Source: an uncultured delta proteobacterium
GTDB lineage: Bacteria; Myxococcota_A; Polyangia; Fen-1088
NCBI GenBank assembly: GCA_963767925.1
Contig: CAVYGB010000002.1
Location: 480,001 to 544,000, forward strand
Direction: 5' to 3'
DNA: 64,000 nucleotides
The notes beneath the pieces were generated by a model that was not told where the DNA came from, made no database searches, and was given only the letters and a program-made list of their open reading frames with translations. This document shows positions 20,233 to 34,163 of this stretch, in pieces (position 1 is the stretch's first letter; every line of letters begins with the position of its first letter). A program made the translations under genes and the position numbers.

Positions 20233-20880
20233 TCAGGGCAGACGCACCTGGAGACCCACCCCGAGGTCGAGCTCGACCCGGAACCAGCGCACGACGCCGA
20301 TGCTCTCGCCGAACTGAAGATAGACACCCACGTTCCGGAGCGCGTCGTACATGAGGCCGTTGGAGTTGCGCAGGCCGAAGTCGGTGTTGCGCACGCGGGC
20401 CTGCCCCTGCGCGGTGGCGTCGAACAGCACCTGCAGCGTGCTGAAGAACTTCAGCCGCAGGTCGCGGTCCAGCCAGAAGCGCACCCCCGGGGCCACCGCG
20501 ATCTGCCGGCCCACCCCTGGCGCCTCGTCGCGGGCCAGCCCCAGCCGCAGGTCCGCCAGCAGGTCGACGCCCGCCGAGACGCCGTAAGAGAGCTGCACGT
20601 CCAGGAACAGCGGCACGTCGTTGGTGCAGACCCACTTGCTGTCGTCACCGCTGGCGTCGAGGCAGCTCGGCTCCTCCTGGTAGCGGGCGATCACCCGGTA
20701 GCCGATCCCCGGCATCACCGAGAGGCCCACCTGGTGCCGGTGGTCGAGCGCGGGGGGCCGCTGCCGGAACGGGAGGGTCGCCGCGGGCCCATCGGCCTGC
20801 GCTTTCCCACCCCAGTTCGGCGCGACAACCGCTCCGAGAGCGCCCATACTCAAGGTGACGATGACGCGCGGCAAGGTCAT
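20233..20880 (-). CDS. Exported protein, probable small outer-membrane beta-barrel
   Basis: Signal peptide ending AQA; alternating amphipathic strands to C-terminal GVGLQVRLP. Confidence 0.65.
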   Translation of the reverse strand: MTLPRVIVTLSMGALGAVVAPNWGGKAQADGPAATLPFRQRPPALDHRHQVGLSVMPGIGYRVIARYQEEPSCLDASGDDSKWVCTNDVPLFLDVQLSYGVSAGVDLLADLRLGLARDEAPGVGRQIAVAPGVRFWLDRDLRLKFFSTLQVLFDATAQGQARVRNTDFGLRNSNGLMYDALRNVGVYLQFGESIGVVRWFRVELDLGVGLQVRLP

Positions 20881-21736
20881 TGGGGCGCCAAGTATCCATC
20901 TGGCGGGTGAACACGACAACCAGGGCCGACCGAAGAGTGACTCGCCAGTCGCCCCGGACGTTACCTCGGGGGCAGCGCGGGGTCCCGGGCGACGGGCCCT
21001 CCTGGCCGCCCTGCCGGCGCTGGGCCTGCTGCCCGCCCGGCGCAGCCACGCGATCGGGGACCACGCGGCCCTGCGCTTCGCCCGCCTGCACCTGCCCGAC
21101 CTGCCCAACCCGCGCCCCTCGGCCCTGCGCCGGCTGGCGATGGAGATCGAGCGGCGCACCAGCCTGGTGACGGTCGCCGAGCCGATCGACATCCGCCCCA
21201 CCGACAACGAGCTGTTCCGCTACCCCTTCCTGGTGCTCTCGGGCGACCGGGGCTTCGCCCCGCCGACCGACGCGGAGGTGGGGCGCCTGCGACGTTTCCT
21301 CACCTACGGCGGCTTTCTCCTGGTCGACTCGGCCGAGGGCCGGGCCAGCGGGCGCTTCGACGAATCGGTGCGCGCCCTGCTGGCGCGGGCCCTGCCGGGC
21401 GACCTGCCCGCCCGGGTCGCCGACGACCACGTCCTGTGGAAGTCGTTCTACGTCTTGCGCGGGGTGGCCGGCCGCATCCTGGCCGCGCCCTACCTGGAGG
21501 CGGTCGAGCGCGACCGGCGCCTGGCGGTCGTCTACACCCAGAACGATCTCTCGGGCGCCCTGGCCCGCGACGGGTTCGGCCGCTGGGAGCACGAGGTGCT
21601 GCCGGGCGGTGACTCCCAGCGCGAGCAGGCCTTCCGCTTCGCGGTCAACGTCGTGATGTACGCCTTCTGCCTCGACTACAAGACCGAGCAGGCCCACATC
21701 GAGTTCATCCTCAAGACCCGGAGGCAGCGCTTCTGA
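20855..21736 (+). CDS. DUF4159 domain protein with Tat-like signal (true start probably nearer 20.95 kb)
   Basis: RRALL signal; LFRYPFLVLSG, LRRFLTYGGFLLVD and AFRFAVNVVMYAFCLDYK.EQ.H. Confidence 0.85.
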   Translation: MTMTRGKVIGAPSIHLAGEHDNQGRPKSDSPVAPDVTSGAARGPGRRALLAALPALGLLPARRSHAIGDHAALRFARLHLPDLPNPRPSALRRLAMEIERRTSLVTVAEPIDIRPTDNELFRYPFLVLSGDRGFAPPTDAEVGRLRRFLTYGGFLLVDSAEGRASGRFDESVRALLARALPGDLPARVADDHVLWKSFYVLRGVAGRILAAPYLEAVERDRRLAVVYTQNDLSGALARDGFGRWEHEVLPGGDSQREQAFRFAVNVVMYAFCLDYKTEQAHIEFILKTRRQRF

Positions 21737-24059
21737 TGCCTCCCATCACGGAGGCCCTCCCCACCGAAGCGCTGGCCCACATGGACTGGCGCATCGCCAT
21801 CGGCTCGAACCTGCCCCGCGGGCTGCTGGTCGTGCTGTGCGCGGCCGCCGGCTTCGCCCTCGCCTTCTCCGCGGTGTCGCTGCTGTGGGAGCGGCGGCGC
21901 GGCCGGGCCGGGCTGCTGCTGGCCCTGCGGGCCCTGGCCATCGCCGCCTGCTTGCTGGTGGCCTGCAGCCGGTGCTCGAGCTGGGGCAGGTCACCCGGGT
22001 GCCCAACCACGTCGCGGTGCTGGTCGACACCTCGCGCTCGATGACCGTGCGCCCGCCCGACGGCAAGGAGCGCTTCCAGCGCGCCGCCGACACCGTGCAG
22101 GGCGCCGGCGTGCAGTTCGAGGCCTGGCGCCAGCTCGGGCACAAGGTCGACCTCTACAGCTTCGGCGAGAGCCTGTCGCCCACCGACGTGCGCAGCCTGC
22201 GCCTGCCCCCCAAGGCGGAGGCCACCCGCATCGGCGAGAGCCTGGCCGAGCTGCGCGGCCGCTACGCCGGGCGCGATCTCGGCGCGGTCGTCATCGTCTC
22301 GGACGGCATCGACACCGGCCGGGTGGGCAAGGGCCCCGTCGACGGCGAGACCCGCAAGACCCTGGAGGCGCTCGGCGCGCCCGTGCACACCGTGTTCGTG
22401 GGCGAGGCCGCCCTGCGCGACCTGTCGGTGGCGGCGGTGCTGGCCGACGACTTCGCCTTCGTGCGCACCCCCATCAAGCTCGAGGCCATCTTGCGCGCCA
22501 CCGGCCTGCCCCGCCGCCAGGTGGAGGTGACCTTGACCCGCGACGGCCGCCTGGTCGACACCCGCAGCCTGCACCTCGAGGGCGACGACGTCGAGGAGAA
22601 GGTCTCCTTCGACTGGACGCCCGACCGCCCCGGCAACTTCGTGTTCGAGATCGCCACCCCGGTGCTGACGGGCGAGGCCCTCGACCACCAACAACCGCCA
22701 GGTCTTCACCCTCAAGGTGATCCGCGACCGGGTGCGGGTGTTGCACGTGTGCGGCCGGCCCAGCTGGGACCAGCGCTTCTTGCGCTCGATGTTGCGCCTC
22801 GATCCCAACGTCGACCTGGTCTCGTTCTTCATCTTGCGCACCGAGACCGACGACCAGCCCTGGAACCGGGAGGAGATGTCGCTCATCCCCTTCCCCGACC
22901 GGGAGATCTTCGACGAGCAGCTCAAGTCGTTCGACCTGCTCATCTTCCAGAACTTCAACTCCGCCCCCAGCTACAAGGTCGAGCCCTACCTGCCGGGCCT
23001 GCGCGACTACGTGCAGTCGGGCGGCGCGCTGGCCATGGTGGGCGGCGATCTGTCGTTCGCCAGCGGGGGCTACGCCCAGACCGCCCTGCGCGAGGTGCTG
23101 CCGGTCGAGCTGGAGGGCATCCCCATCCAGGGCGACCGGGCCGTCACCCGGGACGCCTTCCGCCCCAGCTGACCACCTCCGGGCGCACCCACCCCGTCAC
23201 CTCGCTGAGCCTGGAGCCCAAGACCAACGAGGCGCGCTGGGCGGCCCTGCCCCCGCTCGAGGGGATGAACCGCGTCTCCCGGCTCAAGCCGGGCGCCACC
23301 GCCCTGCTCGCCCACCCCACCGCCCGCAGCGAGGCCGGCGAGCCGGCGCCCGTGCTGGCGGTGACCGACGCCGGCAAGGGCCGCACCCTGGCGCTGACCA
23401 CCGACACCGCCTGGCACTGGGGTTTCCTGGCCGCCGGCGGCCGGCGACGACGGCCGCACCTTCCAGCGCTTCTGGGAAGAGCGCCATCCGCTGGCTGGTG
23501 CGCGACCCCGCCCTCACCCTGCTGCGGGTCGAGCTCGACCGGGTCGAATACCGCCGCGGTCAGCCGGCCTCGGCCCGCGCCCGCACCCTGCACGCCGACT
23601 ACTCGCCGGCCGGCGAGACCCCGGTGGCGCTGGCCCTCTTCCCGGTCGGCAGCGGCGACACCAGCAAGCCGCTGCGCACCTTCGAGGTCACCACCAACAA
23701 GGACGGCGAGACCCACGTCGAGCTGCCGGCGCTGGCCGCCGGGGTCTACCGCCTGGTCGGGCGCGCCACCATCGACGGCCGCAACCTGACCGAGGAGCAG
23801 ACCTTCGTCGATCCGCCCCGAGGGGCGCGAGCTGGAGGACGTCGTCTCCCACAAGGAGGTCCTGCGCGAGATCGCCTCGATCACCGGAGGCGCCTTCATC
23901 GAGGGGGCCATCGGCGAGCCCAGAGTGCGCAAGCCCCGCGAGATCCGCGCCGGCAGCCTGCGCACGGTCGAGCTGTGGTCCAACCCGCTGCTGCTGCTGC
24001 TGGCGATCGCCCTGCTCGTCACCGAGTGGACCCTGCGCCGCCGCGCCGGCCACGGCTGA
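21736..24059 (+). CDS. Membrane protein with vWA and GATase1-like (DUF1355) domains; about 5 apparent frameshifts
   Basis: VLVDTSRSM, IVSDG, GRPSWDQRFLR, VDLVSFFILRT, GGALAMVGG, GKGRTLAL.TD..W.W and TEWTLRRR spread across frames. Confidence 0.75.
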
Positions 24060-24109
24060 TCCGGAGGGGCCGGCGATCCGTCGACGCCTTCCTCCGAGGT
24101 CGCCCCCCG

Positions 24110-24161
24110 CTGCCCGTTTGCCGTCGCCCGGCGCGGAGAGAGGGAGGGTGAGGGGTCTCCG
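24110..24161. repeat. Family 1 element, degenerate single arm
   Basis: CTGCCCGTTTGCCGTCGCCC...GAGAGGGAGGGTGAGGGGTCTCCG. Confidence 0.65.
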
Positions 24162-24209
24162 CGGCACCCCGTTCGGCGATCCAACGAGTCGCCGAGCACC
24201 GTCACGTAG

Positions 24210-24227
24210 CTAGTGCCCTATTCAAGT
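24210..24227. repeat. 18-bp inverted partner of 17837-17854
   Basis: Exact reverse complement. Confidence 0.8.
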
Positions 24228-24410
24228 CTCACGCAGGCGATCGCCACTTCGCGGTGGCCGAGCAAGGACGGCAACCGGACCGGGACCGCGGTCAGCGGAT
24301 CTTGAGCCACTGGATAAGGTTGCCCGTCACCTCGGCGTGGCGGGTGGCGGTTCCTGCCTGATCGAGCCGGTGCCCCCGATGTCGGCCTACCAGGCGACGC
24401 CCCGCCATCG

Positions 24411-24698
24411 CTAAGGAGGCGCCCCGGTCCGCCACTCGGCGTCCCCGTCCGTGAGGGCGCAGAGCAGCTTGGCGTCTTCTACCTCGAACACGGCGGGATC
24501 GTCCGGCCGCTGCGCGCCCATGAAGAAGAGCCAGGCGGTTCGCCGGTCGCGGTAGTGCTGGCGCGCCCACGCGCGGGCCCGGTCGATCTCGTCGCGCACA
24601 GACGCCCGTCGCGACCCGCTCCAGGTCGCCCAGCCGATGCGCACGCGATACGGTCGGACGAGATCCTTCCCCTCCCAATCGCCCACGTCAAGCGTCAC
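24411..24698 (-). CDS. Small hypothetical protein
   Basis: 95-aa ORF with plausible composition; no recognised motif. Confidence 0.35.
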   Translation of the reverse strand: MTLDVGDWEGKDLVRPYRVRIGWATWSGSRRASVRDEIDRARAWARQHYRDRRTAWLFFMGAQRPDDPAVFEVEDAKLLCALTDGDAEWRTGAPP

Positions 24699-24848
24699 CC
24701 AGAGGGCTCCGCCGTGCTCCGTCGGCTCCTGCTTCCATCATTTCATGAATCACCGCATGGATTCAGTCCTTTCCGGACCAGCCTTGCCTGGTCGCACCGA
24801 GTTCGTGTCCGTGTGTGGTGAGCGTGTTCGGCCCGCGGGCCTCGGCTC

Positions 24849-25031
24849 GCGTGATTCACGCGCACCGAGAGCCGCCTGGCCGCTCACCGCTCGCCCCACA
24901 CGAACTCGAACACGAACACGGGCTCGAACACGCCCACGAGCTCGAACACGCCCACGAGCACGCGTCCCGGCCTCGATACCTCGTTTCGCCCATCGGGCAA
25001 ATTCTCCACAGGTTTCAGCGGCTGGCTCTAA
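24849..25031 (+). repeat. Dispersed repeat family 2 (copy 1)
   Basis: Near-identical reverse complement at 63835-64000; internal CTCGAA/CACG short repeats. Confidence 0.85.
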
Positions 25032-25059
25032 GGGGCCCCGAGCGGTTTAATCCGCCGCG

Positions 25060-25143
25060 CCGGAGCCCCTCACCCCTCCCTCTCCCTGCTGCCGCGGGGC
25101 GAGGGCGAACAACCGGCGAGGTGCGCCGGTCATCATCCCAGGG
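25060..25143. repeat. Family 1 element, partial copy
   Basis: One arm plus ~30 bp of core homologous to 981-1165. Confidence 0.8.
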
Positions 25144-25149
25144 ACCGCG

Positions 25150-25527
25150 TCAGCCGGGGTGGGCCTGCTCGGGGCGGGAGACGCTGGCGTAGAGGCGTTC
25201 CCAGGGGATGTGCCGGCCGCTCGCCGGGCGGGGGCCGGGGAAGGAGCGCTCGAGGGCGCGGAAGGCGGTCACCTCGGGCACGTGCGCCTGCCGCCAGCCG
25301 AAGGGCTTGCCCGAGCGGCTCTCGCCGCCGACCTGGTAGAAGAACAGCGTCGGCCGCCCGCCGGTCAGGCCGTAGTCGTGCGGCTCGGCGATGCGGCGGC
25401 GACCCTGGTAGACGAAGGAGACCAGGCGGCGCCCGTCGATGGCGGCGCAGAGCTGCCGGTGCAAGATCCAGACGACGGGCGAGATGGACAGGACCGGGGC
25501 GGGGCTCTCGTCGGAGGTGGACGACAT
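25150..25527 (-). CDS. Small stand-alone WYL-like domain protein
   Basis: LCAAI..RRLVSFVY.G..R..EPHDYG...GWR pattern; AGGA RBS. Confidence 0.65.
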   Translation of the reverse strand: MSSTSDESPAPVLSISPVVWILHRQLCAAIDGRRLVSFVYQGRRRIAEPHDYGLTGGRPTLFFYQVGGESRSGKPFGWRQAHVPEVTAFRALERSFPGPRPASGRHIPWERLYASVSRPEQAHPG

Positions 25528-25662
25528 GTCGGTTCCTGCCGGCGAACTCTAGGGCATCGCCCCCGGCGTGCGCACGGCCGCGCCGGAAAATCGGGATCGT
25601 TCTGCGGGTGATCGGGCGCATCGGGTTTCCGATCGCGAAATGGCAAGGTGGGGCCAGACGTC

Positions 25663-26698
25663 ATGAAGGAGAACTCTCTGGTTTCACGCGGCCCATATCC
25701 CGAAGATCGAACATCCCGGCCGACCAGCGCTGCGGGGGCGAGGCCGGCGCGGCGCCGTCCGGGCAGCCGAGGTGGACGCCTGCGGGCGGTGCTCGGCGCG
25801 GCCCTGCTGCTCGGCGCCTCGTCGTGCGAGGGCGACCCCGGGCGGGACCCCCTGGACCCCGCGGGGACCTGGCTTGGCAGCATCCCGGTCGGATCGGTCC
25901 CCTACCGGGTGATCTTCAACCTCGAGCGGGACGCCGAGGGGCGCTACGGCGGCACCCTCGACAACCCCGAGGTCGGTGCGCTCGCGATCCCGCTGACCCG
26001 GGTGGAGGTGCGCGAGCGCCACCTGGAGATCAGGTCGAGCACCTGCGCGCCAGCCCTCCCTTCCCGGTGGGGAAAATCGGCCTTGTCGGTCACAGCGAGG
26101 GGGGGCTGATCGGCCCGCTGGCCGCCGACGAGAACCCCGCGGTGGGCTTCCTTGTGTTGCTGGCCGGGCCCGGCGTCTCCGGCGAGGAGATCCTCCTGTC
26201 GCAGCGCCGGGCCATCGGCCGGGCCCAGGCGCGACCGAGGCCCAGCTCCAGCAGTTCGAGGCGCTCAACCGGGCGATCTTCGCCCTGTTTCGCACCAGCT
26301 CGGATCCCGCCGAGATCGACCGGGGGCTGCGCGAGCTGCTCGGGGCCGCGGGCCTGACCGGAGGGGAGCTGGATCAGGCGGTGGCCAGCCTGAACACGCC
26401 CTGGATGCGCTTCTTCGTGGGGTACGACCCGCGCCCGGTCCTGCGCCGCACGCGCGTGCCGGTGCTCGCCCTCGACGGCTCGCTCGACCTGCAGGTGCTG
26501 GCCAACCTCAACCTGCCGGCCATCGAGGCTGCCCTGGGCGAGGCGGGCAACCCGCGCGCCACCGTCCGGGAGCTGCCCGGGCTCAACCACCTGTTCCAGC
26601 ACGCCCGCACCGGCCTGCTCGACGAATACGGGGTGATCCCGGAGACCCTCGCCCCCGAGGTGCTGACCACCGTCGCCGACTGGATCGGGGCCCTGTGA
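25663..26698 (+). pseudogene. Exported alpha/beta hydrolase with an apparent internal deletion (~26030) and a frameshift (~26230)
   Basis: GTW.G N-terminal domain; GLVGHSEGG, PVLALDGSLDLQV and LPGLNHLFQ; the core segment before GHSEG is missing. Confidence 0.7.
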
Positions 26699-26782
26699 GC
26701 GGGTGCCGGCCCGCCCGGGCTGCGCCCGCCGGCGGCCGGGCCCCGGCTTGAAAGCGGCGGGAATCTCCGCTTAGCTGGAGGC

Positions 26783-27562
26783 ATGGTGCGCGGGGCATTC
26801 GACTTCTCCGGGAAGCGGGCGGTGGTGACGGGAGGGGCCCACGGGATCGGACGGGAGACGGTGCGGGCGCTGGTCGCCGGGGGGGCGGAGGTGGCGGTGC
26901 TCGACCGGGAGGCGCCCGAGGACGGCGGCGTCGGATTCTTCCCGGTCGACGTGACCGACGGCGAGGCGGTGGCGGCGGCGCTGCGGGCCTTCGGCGCGCC
27001 GGACATCGTGGTCGCCAACGCGGGCACCGGCCCCGCCGCCGACCTCACCGCCACCACCCGGGAGCAGTGGGACCGGACCCTGGCGGTCAACCTCACCGGC
27101 GTGTTCCACACCGTGCAGGCCGCCGCGCGCGCGATGATCCCGCTCGGCCGGGGGGCCATCGTCCTGACCGCGTCGACGAACGCGTACGACGGCGAGGCCA
27201 GCCTGATCGCCTACAACGCCAGCAAGGCCGGCCTGCTCGGCATCCTGCACACGGCCGCCAACGAGCTCGGCCCCCACGGGATCCGGGTCAACGCCGTCTG
27301 CCCCGGCCTGATCCGCACCCGGATGTCGCAGCGCCAGTTCGACGACCCCGGCTACCTGCGCCCTTACTTCCAGCACATCCCCCTGGGCCGCGGCGGCGAG
27401 CCCGCCGAGGTGGCCGCCGCCATCGCCTTTCTGGCCTCCGACCAGGCCAGCTACATCACCGGCGCCGCCCTCCCGGTCGACGGCGGCCAGCTGGCGACGA
27501 AGTTCGGCACCTGGACCGAGGCCACCGCCAGCTTCGACGGCGGCCGCTGGCGCCTGCGCTGA
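26783..27562 (+). CDS. SDR family oxidoreductase
   Basis: TGGAHGIG, ANAG, YNASK, IRVNAVCPG and VDGG. Confidence 0.93.
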   Translation: MVRGAFDFSGKRAVVTGGAHGIGRETVRALVAGGAEVAVLDREAPEDGGVGFFPVDVTDGEAVAAALRAFGAPDIVVANAGTGPAADLTATTREQWDRTLAVNLTGVFHTVQAAARAMIPLGRGAIVLTASTNAYDGEASLIAYNASKAGLLGILHTAANELGPHGIRVNAVCPGLIRTRMSQRQFDDPGYLRPYFQHIPLGRGGEPAEVAAAIAFLASDQASYITGAALPVDGGQLATKFGTWTEATASFDGGRWRLR

Positions 27563-27682
27563 AACGCGCGCCCGCCTCGCCCGGCGGGCGTGGCGGCCCG
27601 GACGGCGCGAGCGGTCAGCGGACAATCGCGCGCCGCCGGCGTGAAGCGGGCCTGCGGCCGGCGGGGCGTCGAGGGCTTCCGT

Positions 27683-27729
27683 TTGACGGCCGGGGCGGGG
27701 GCGATCCAGAATCATCCGTCCATTTGGAT
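27683..27729 (+). promoter_or_regulatory. Promoter with adjacent ArsR/SahR-type operator
   Basis: TTGACG (27683)-N18-CAGAAT (27707), then palindrome ATCC-N8-GGAT (27714-27729). Confidence 0.5.
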
Positions 27730-27740
27730 AAGAGGATGCG

Positions 27741-28693
27741 TTGAACCTCGCCCAGTGCGTCGAGACGTTCAACCTGCTCGGGGACGAGAGCCGGATCCGG
27801 CTGTGCGCGCTGCTGCGCGAGCGCGAGCTGTGCGTGACCGATCTGGTGCGGGTGACGGGCATGGCGCAGTCGCGGGTGTCGACGCACCTGGGGCGGCTGC
27901 GCGAGGCGGGCTTCGTGCGCGACCGGCGCAAGGGGGCCGCAGTCCTTCTATGCCCTGGCCGGCGACGCCCTGCCGGAGACGGCCCGGGTGGTCCTGCGAC
28001 GAGGCCACCCACTCGCCCGACCCCACCCTCGAGGGGGACCAGCGGCGCCTGCTCCGAGCTGGAGGCCGAGCGGCGGGGCGGCCTGCCCGACTCGGCCGAC
28101 GACGAGCTCGAGCGGTACTACTCGCCCGGCCGCACCTGGCAATCGCTGGCCACCGGGGTGGCGGCCCTGCTCCGGCTGGGCGACGTGCTCGACGTCGGCT
28201 CGGGCGACGGCGCGGCGGCGGCCGTCGCTCGCCCCCTACTGCCGCTCGCTCACCTGCGTCGACGCCAACCCGCGGCATGATCGAGGCGGCCCGCGACCGC
28301 CTGGCCCGCTTTCGCCACGTGCCCGGGCCCAGGTGGCCGACGTCCACGAGCTGCCCTTCGCGGACGCCGTCGTTCGACACCGTGCTGGTGTTCCACACGC
28401 TGACCTACGCCGAGCAGCCGGCGCGGGCGCTGGCCGAGTGCGCCCGGGTGCTGCGCCCGGGCGGGCGCCTGGTCCTGCTCTGCCTCGACGACCACCGCCA
28501 GCACGAGGTCACCGCCCGCTACGGCGAGCGCCACCCCGGCTTCTCCCCCGCTCCCTGCGCGGCCTGCTCGCGCGCGCGGGCCTGGAGGTGGTCGACCGCC
28601 GAGGTGACCTGCCGCGAGGCCAAGAAGCCGCACCTGCAGGTGGTCCTCGCCATCGCCGATCGCCCCAGCACGAACCCCCGAGAAGGGAACTGA
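27741..28693 (+). CDS. ArsR-HTH + methyltransferase-fold regulator (SahR/SamR-like); several apparent frameshifts
   Basis: LGDESRIRL...ELCV.DL...QSRVSTHL..LREAG; YSPGRTW; VLDVGSGDG; ARVLRPGGRL; lies directly upstream of metH. Confidence 0.8.
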
Positions 28694-28706
28694 CAAGGAA
28701 ACCGCC

Positions 28707-32596
<3,890 letters not shown>

Positions 32597-32615
<19 letters not shown>

Positions 32616-33350
32616 AGCGGGCCCCCACCGGCGGGAGCCAGGGCCGCCGCCTGCAGCGTGAGGTTGCCGTACTGGCGGGAGACCGACCTGATGGTCCAGT
32701 CGACGATCAGCGCCTGCCCGGACCGGAGGTCGGCGAAGTCGACGAGGACGATGGCGTCGCGGCCGCTCCCGCTGCCGGCGAGCACGCGCCGGATCGGAGC
32801 CAGCGCAGGCGCCCCCTCGACCCAGACCTGCAGCTCGCCCTCGGCCCCCCAGGCGCCGAGGTGCACAGTCAGGGTCTCGGGCCCTGGCCCGCCTCGACGC
32901 GCAGCCGGTAGCCGGAGCCCGGCCCTTCGCCCACCGCCATCCCCGCCCGCGTGCGGGCGGACCGGGTGGGGGCGCCGTCGCTCCAGGTGACCGCGATCGG
33001 GCGGTCGTCGTAGCGGCCGGGGCGGGCGCTCTGCAGGAGGAAGGCGGCGATGCGGGCGGGGACGCCGCACTTTGCGGTTGAGGCTCGAGACGTTGGGGCG
33101 CCCCCAGTGGACCCAGTCGGTGCCGCCGCTCTCGGTGAGGTCGGTCAGGGCCTTCGCGGGCTCCGAGCGGACGGCCAGGAGCGGCAGCGGCGCGGGCGGC
33201 GGGGCGGAGACGGCGGCGGCGGGCGGCGGGGCGGAGACGGCGGCGGCGGGCGGCGAGGCCGGCGAGGCCGCGACGGGAGGACGGACCGAGGGTGCGTGGC
33301 AGCTCGGACCGACAGATCCAACAGATCGGAACAGAAGCGTAACGAGATGG
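32597..33350 (-). CDS. Hypothetical beta-sandwich protein with Pro-rich linker, frameshifted or fragmentary
   Basis: DLTESGGTDWVHWG and C-terminal GNLTLQAAAL lie in different frames; 5' end abuts a family 1 repeat. Confidence 0.45.
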
Positions 33351-33377
33351 GACAGCAGCGCTGCTCGTCGCGCGCCC

Positions 33378-33560
33378 CCGGAGACCCCTCACCCCTCCCT
33401 CTCCCCGCTCCGCGGGGCGAGGGCGAACGATTGGACTGCTGCACCGATCATCCTCCGAGTGGAGGCAGCAGCCGTGCATTCATCGGAGATTTCGGCTCTC
33501 CGGTTGTCCGTTCGCCCTCGCCCCGCGGCAGCGGGGAGAGGGAGGGGTGAGGGTCCGCCG
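33378..33560. repeat. Family 1 element, full copy
   Basis: Both ~50-bp arms; lies immediately after the lutC stop. Confidence 0.85.
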
Positions 33561-33563
33561 GTG

Positions 33564-34163
33564 TTAGCGGTAGGCGAGCACGGTGAGGCTGCGGGCGCCG
33601 TGGGCGCCTACTACCAGCGTCTGCTCGATGTCGGCGGTCTTCGAGGGGCCGCTCATCCAGGTCAGGTGGTGGGGCGGCGGAACCGGGAGCAGGGCCTGGG
33701 CGGTGACGAGGTCGGGGACCAGGACCTGAGCGGGCACCAGCACCAGGAGGTGCTGCGCGAGAAAGGCGAGCGCCCGCTCGGGGAGCGAGGTCGCGCTGAG
33801 CAGGAGGGCGGCGTTCTCCGCGACGGCCCGCTCGGCGGTCAGGATACCGAGCTCGACGTCGTCGAGGGCGTGCGGCCGGGCGCCGCCGTCGGGCGCCGCC
33901 GACCAGCCGCTGGTGCCGGCGAGCAGCGGGATCGCCGAGGCGCTCGCCACGCAGCGCCCGCCAGCCCCGGCGATCCGCTCGATCACCGTCGCGGTCACGG
34001 CCGCGCGATCGAGGGGCCCGAAGAAGCTGCCGCCGACCGCGGCCAGCACGCGCCCGAAACGCTCCCAGGTCGCCTCGTAAGCCGGCGGCGGATAGGCACC
34101 GGGGTGGGGACGCCGCTGCTCGCCCGAGCGGCGGAAGCGGGCCAGGAACGTGCGCTCATCCAT
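33564..34163 (-). CDS. lutC: Lactate utilisation protein C (LUD domain)
   Basis: AVAENA and SGPSKTADIEQTLVVGAHG. Confidence 0.88.
   Translation of the reverse strand: MDERTFLARFRRSGEQRRPHPGAYPPPAYEATWERFGRVLAAVGGSFFGPLDRAAVTATVIERIAGAGGRCVASASAIPLLAGTSGWSAAPDGGARPHALDDVELGILTAERAVAENAALLLSATSLPERALAFLAQHLLVLVPAQVLVPDLVTAQALLPVPPPHHLTWMSGPSKTADIEQTLVVGAHGARSLTVLAYR

Noticed and set aside
27563..27740. SAM or cobalamin riboswitch ahead of the metH operon
   Set aside because: No recognisable conserved core, and the promoter sits too close to the start codon to leave room
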